Below the pieces are notes generated by a model. The model saw only the letters and a program-made list of their open reading frames with translations. It was not told the origin of the DNA and searched no databases. DNA of 64,000 nucleotides from NCBI GenBank assembly GCA_019828565.1, contig JAHDYR010000038.1, positions 1,039,578 through 1,103,577 of the forward strand. Reading direction: 5' to 3'. This document shows positions 60,856 through 64,000 of the stretch, one piece after another (position 1 is the first letter of the stretch; every line of letters starts with the position of its first letter). Source of the DNA: Carpediemonas membranifera BICM (lineage: Eukaryota > Protista > Fornicata). The position numbers and the translations under genes are program-made.

Positions 60856-62171
60856 CAGCCCATCTTGTAGGTCGGGTGGCCATACCTCGCGGCCTTGCTT
60901 GCTTTTCTTTGACGAGCAATATTCCCTGAGTAATAGCCTCTCCTTTTCTTCAATTCGACTCTAGCCAAGTCAAAAAACAAGAAATCGACCATATCTCAAA
61001 ATCTAACAGGTAGATTCACTCTGAAAGTGATTATGCGCATATGTACCTCCTTTCAACTACTCACATAATCACTATCGTAGTGAATCTACCTGTTAGATTT
61101 TCTGTTATTGTCCATTTTATCGTTTCGTCTTAACCTGCACGGCGAAATGCTCAAACCAGGCAATGAGTCAGAGCCAGAGCTTCTTTCCATGCTCTACGTA
61201 CATCATATGGACTCTAAAGAAGACCTTCGTTTATCTCTAAATAGCTTAAATTTAATGAATACTTCATTTCTGAGCAAGAAATTGTAGATTATCTAGCGTT
61301 TTGAGGTCGAAGATAATCTAGGGTTTAGCAAAGATAATCTAGGGATGTTGACAGTATGTGATAGCTATAGAATAGATGGATAGATAAGGAACACCACATC
61401 CAGAAAGGGGGCAGGGAAGCATAGACTCTGGGATCAAGGGGAGACCCCCCATGTTTCCCAGGGAGAGGGCAGGGCCAGGGACAGAGGAAATCCATCAATT
61501 GGATGGTTGCACCACTCGCGGTGAACCTAAGGAAACTGCAGGGACTGAGCATGGGATACGGGGGGACATGACGTCCCCGCCGCCCTTGTGAACGATAGAG
61601 GGACGCTGGGAAGTGTAGCACAAGAGAACTATCATAAGGGGTACTAGGCCTTGCAGATCTAGAGTCTGTGTTAGCCCTAACCCACGCCGCCTAACAGGGG
61701 TAGATGAGAGGGACTTAGTTGCTTTCCCCGCCCACGGGTAGGCCACTTAACAGGGTCGTGGGGGCACTGAACAGGGAATCTGGAAAGAGGAGAGGGTGCC
61801 ATGCTTGAACGACCCCGTAGGGACTGCAGGGAATCAGGGAGTGCTATAGAGAAGGTCTTGCAGGACAAACCTGCCTGTGGAAGCACCGAGGACAGACCCC
61901 CAGGCTCCCTGGAAGCTGCCGGGTTTACAGGGAGACAGGAAAGCGCTCAGCGCACGGAGATGGCGAAGGCCTATGGGGGGAAGTGAAATCGGGAGTGAGC
62001 GGAAGCAGTAGCACCGAATCGCTCGTTGGACGCAGCTGACAAGTTCAATCGCAGGGAGGAGGCAGCGCCCCGGGGAACTCGGCTCCAGTAATAAGGGAGA
62101 TCAGCCTAAGTAACCGGGGCCCGATACCAGGCACCATAAATTTTCTTTCTTTCTTTCAGGCGGACCGGCTG

Positions 62172-62430
62172 TCGAGATTCGCAAAGCTCGATTGGCACTC
62201 ACCCCGCGAGGTACTCGAGACGATAATGGCCAAGTGGGGTCCGGCGGAGATAGACGTCACTGCATCTCCGGACAAGAAGCTCGCACTGCCAGGATTCGTC
62301 AGGAAAGCTTGGTCCCTCGACGATCACGGCTTCCAGCGCTCCTGGACCGGCGCCAGGATCTATCTGGCTCCGCCGACAGCGCTCTTGGGAGCGGCACATC
62401 GTCGTCTGGAGAAGATTCGGACGCCTCAGA
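62172..62430 (+). CDS. Continuation of DIRS pol: N6-adenine methyltransferase-like domain
   Basis: ADRL|SRFAKLDW...WGPAEIDVTAS...SW...IYLAPP matches the DIRS MT pattern (D.FAS ... W ... Y..PP). Confidence 0.7.
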
Positions 62431-63538
62431 CCCCGACTACGTCCCCTCGGACGTGGAGGTCAGCGGCAATACTCCTCTTCCCCGATCTCAACTCACCCGA
62501 AGTCAGAGCGCTGAAACGGCTGTCCCAACACAAGATGTATCTCAGAGTCCACTCCTCGCACATGCTCAACACGGAGCTATCCTGGACCGAGAGGCAAGGA
62601 AAGATCAGAATGATTGCGATGATCGTCAAGACCCGTTCGACGAACTCCTCCGCCACGACAGGCTATCTCACTTCCGAAACGAGTCATCGCGCCGCTCAGC
62701 GGCTGGCTGGGTCTCTAAGTTCGTCCTATCGCGACAGGCAGCCCTCTCCGACGCCGAACAACTCAGAGCATTCCTCCTCGCCGAGGGCGAGACCACTGGC
62801 CCGCAGAGTATCCACAGAAAGGGCTACTGGATCTGTCAAGCGGCTCCACTCGTCTCCAACTGGCGACCTCCGCCAGAAGCCAGGCAGATCATCAAGAGTG
62901 CGGAGAACGTAGCATCTCTCGACGGCCTAACAGGAGGCGCACTACCGGTGACCAGAGCCCAGGTCCGCAAGGTCGTCGACAGGCGACGCTCCTCACCGAA
63001 AGCGTTCCAGGTAGCGCTGTTCGCTGCACTTACATTCATCTCAGTCAGCCGGGGAGGCGAGATCTTCGGCCTGACGAGAGGCGACATCTCTTTCGATGAA
63101 CAGGGCAACGCTATGCTCTGGTTCCCCCGCACCAAGACGGCCAAGGGCATCCATAAGCTTATTCCTAACAGGTCATGGGACCGCTTCAACCCGGCAAGAG
63201 CCCTCAAGGCCTGGGTCCCAACTGCGACGCGACACAATTCCGACTCGATCTGGCGCATGATCGGTCCATCGGGAGGTATATCACTCACGTGTCCACTTGC
63301 AGCGTCCACCCTCCGCACATGGATCCACAGCGCCTTCGGCCCGAGCGTTTCATGGCACTCCTTCCGCAAGGGGGCAGCTACTGAGCTGGCAGTGGCCAAC
63401 ACAAACACGGAGGTCCTCCTTTCAATGGGCACGTGGTCATCTACGAAGAGCATGCTGAGGTACATGGGTAACGGGGTACGCACCCATCCAGGGGTCCAGG
63501 GTCACCTGGCCTCAATTCTACTACAACCACCACTCTAA
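62192..63538 (+). CDS. DIRS tyrosine recombinase (start uncertain)
   Basis: SRGGEI, RTKT, WHSFRKGAAT, GTWSS..SMLRY: catalytic R-K-H-R-W-Y set. Confidence 0.9.
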   Translation: MALTPRGTRDDNGQVGSGGDRRHCISGQEARTARIRQESLVPRRSRLPALLDRRQDLSGSADSALGSGTSSSGEDSDASDPDYVPSDVEVSGNTPLPRSQLTRSQSAETAVPTQDVSQSPLLAHAQHGAILDREARKDQNDCDDRQDPFDELLRHDRLSHFRNESSRRSAAGWVSKFVLSRQAALSDAEQLRAFLLAEGETTGPQSIHRKGYWICQAAPLVSNWRPPPEARQIIKSAENVASLDGLTGGALPVTRAQVRKVVDRRRSSPKAFQVALFAALTFISVSRGGEIFGLTRGDISFDEQGNAMLWFPRTKTAKGIHKLIPNRSWDRFNPARALKAWVPTATRHNSDSIWRMIGPSGGISLTCPLAASTLRTWIHSAFGPSVSWHSFRKGAATELAVANTNTEVLLSMGTWSSTKSMLRYMGNGVRTHPGVQGHLASILLQPPL

Positions 63539-63720
63539 ATCACGACGGGAGTCGTGGGGCAGTGACGATTAGCACGGTACCGACATTCTTGGACGCGAAC
63601 CCACGAGGGGTTGGTCGGGGGCCCACTTGCGTGCCTGTGGGCCAACCATTGTTAGCACGTTGCCGGCGGGATATCCCCGTTGGTTAATGAAAAGAATGTC
63701 ATGAGGCTAGGATAGCTAGC

Positions 63721-63881
63721 TGGCGCTACATCGTCAGTAAGGTTACCTCGGGTAACGGGCCCGGAGCGGAGGGCGATGCGATAGCCTCACTCCGGGCAAA
63801 AGGTGTTTCGCCGGTCAGGCGAGTCACGCAGTTTATGCGGACAGAATGGCGCAAGGTTCGGATCCGCCGGATCCGACGGCA
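63721..63881 (+). repeat. DIRS direct repeat A2
   Basis: Matches 33654-33814. Confidence 0.95.
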
Positions 63882-64000
63882 CGGTACCAGTTACGACTGG
63901 TATACTCCTTCTCCCTCGGTAAGCGGAGAGGACTTCACGTTTAACTTACACTAGCTTCCTCGTTAACATTGTGTAAATTAAGCGCCCCCCGTTGGTTAAT

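Larger units (their letters stand above)
40439..61358. mobile_element. TIR transposon subfamily B (9.6 kb without nested C; non-autonomous)
   Basis: 75-bp TIRs 40439-40513 and 61284-61358 (one mismatch) starting CATACTGTCAAC; TG duplicated at 40437-8 and 61359-60. Confidence 0.93.
35770..62156 (+). mobile_element. APE-type non-LTR retrotransposon (LINE), ~5.5 kb without insertion
   Basis: TSD CAGGCGGACCGGCTG at 35755-35769 and 62157-62171; (TTTC)n 3' tail; purine-rich throughout, including 61361-62140. Confidence 0.92.
33654..63881 (+). mobile_element. DIRS-group (PAT/Ngaro-like, direct-repeat) tyrosine recombinase retrotransposon interrupted by a LINE
   Basis: gag, RT, RNase H, methyltransferase-like domain and YR in order; 161-bp direct repeats at both ends. 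May extend past the window end. Confidence 0.9.

Noticed and set aside
40439-61358. Polinton/Maverick, endogenous virus or prophage
   Set aside because: No protein-primed polymerase, capsid, packaging ATPase or retroviral-type integrase motifs were seen, and the TSD is 2 bp rather than 6 bp.
62192-63538. Bacterial integron or phage integrase
   Set aside because: It overlaps the RT-RNase H-MT frame and lies within DIRS direct repeats, so it is a retroelement recombinase.

Overview
Eukaryotic, almost entirely transposon-derived window. Tiny 29-32 nt GT-AG introns, a DIRS-group element, a LINE and a gypsy-like remnant point to a eukaryote, probably a protist. Many single-base frameshifts fall in homopolymers, which suggests long-read errors. 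The main discovery is a set of large cargo-carrying DNA transposons (subfamilies here called A, B and C). All end in 5'-CATACTGT, make 2-bp target-site duplications where both ends are visible (B, C), and encode or retain remnants of a divergent ~840-aa CMC/Transib(RAG1-fold)-like DDE transposase. Element C (41207-52551, 50-bp TIRs, TSD TT) carries an apparent chromatin toolkit: SET methyltransferase, GNAT acetyltransferase, PHD finger protein, OTU-like protease and a CHAT/caspase-fold protease. C sits inside element B (40439-61358, 75-bp TIRs, TSD TG). B sits in the last codons of a LINE ORF2 (35770-62156, 15-bp TSD), and the LINE splits the RNase H/methyltransferase junction of a DIRS-group tyrosine-recombinase retroelement (33654-63881+). 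The first 31.5 kb hold two rearranged, internally amplified copies of subfamily A; the second abuts a truncated gypsy gag-protease. All domain calls come from reading motifs by eye; no database search was run.
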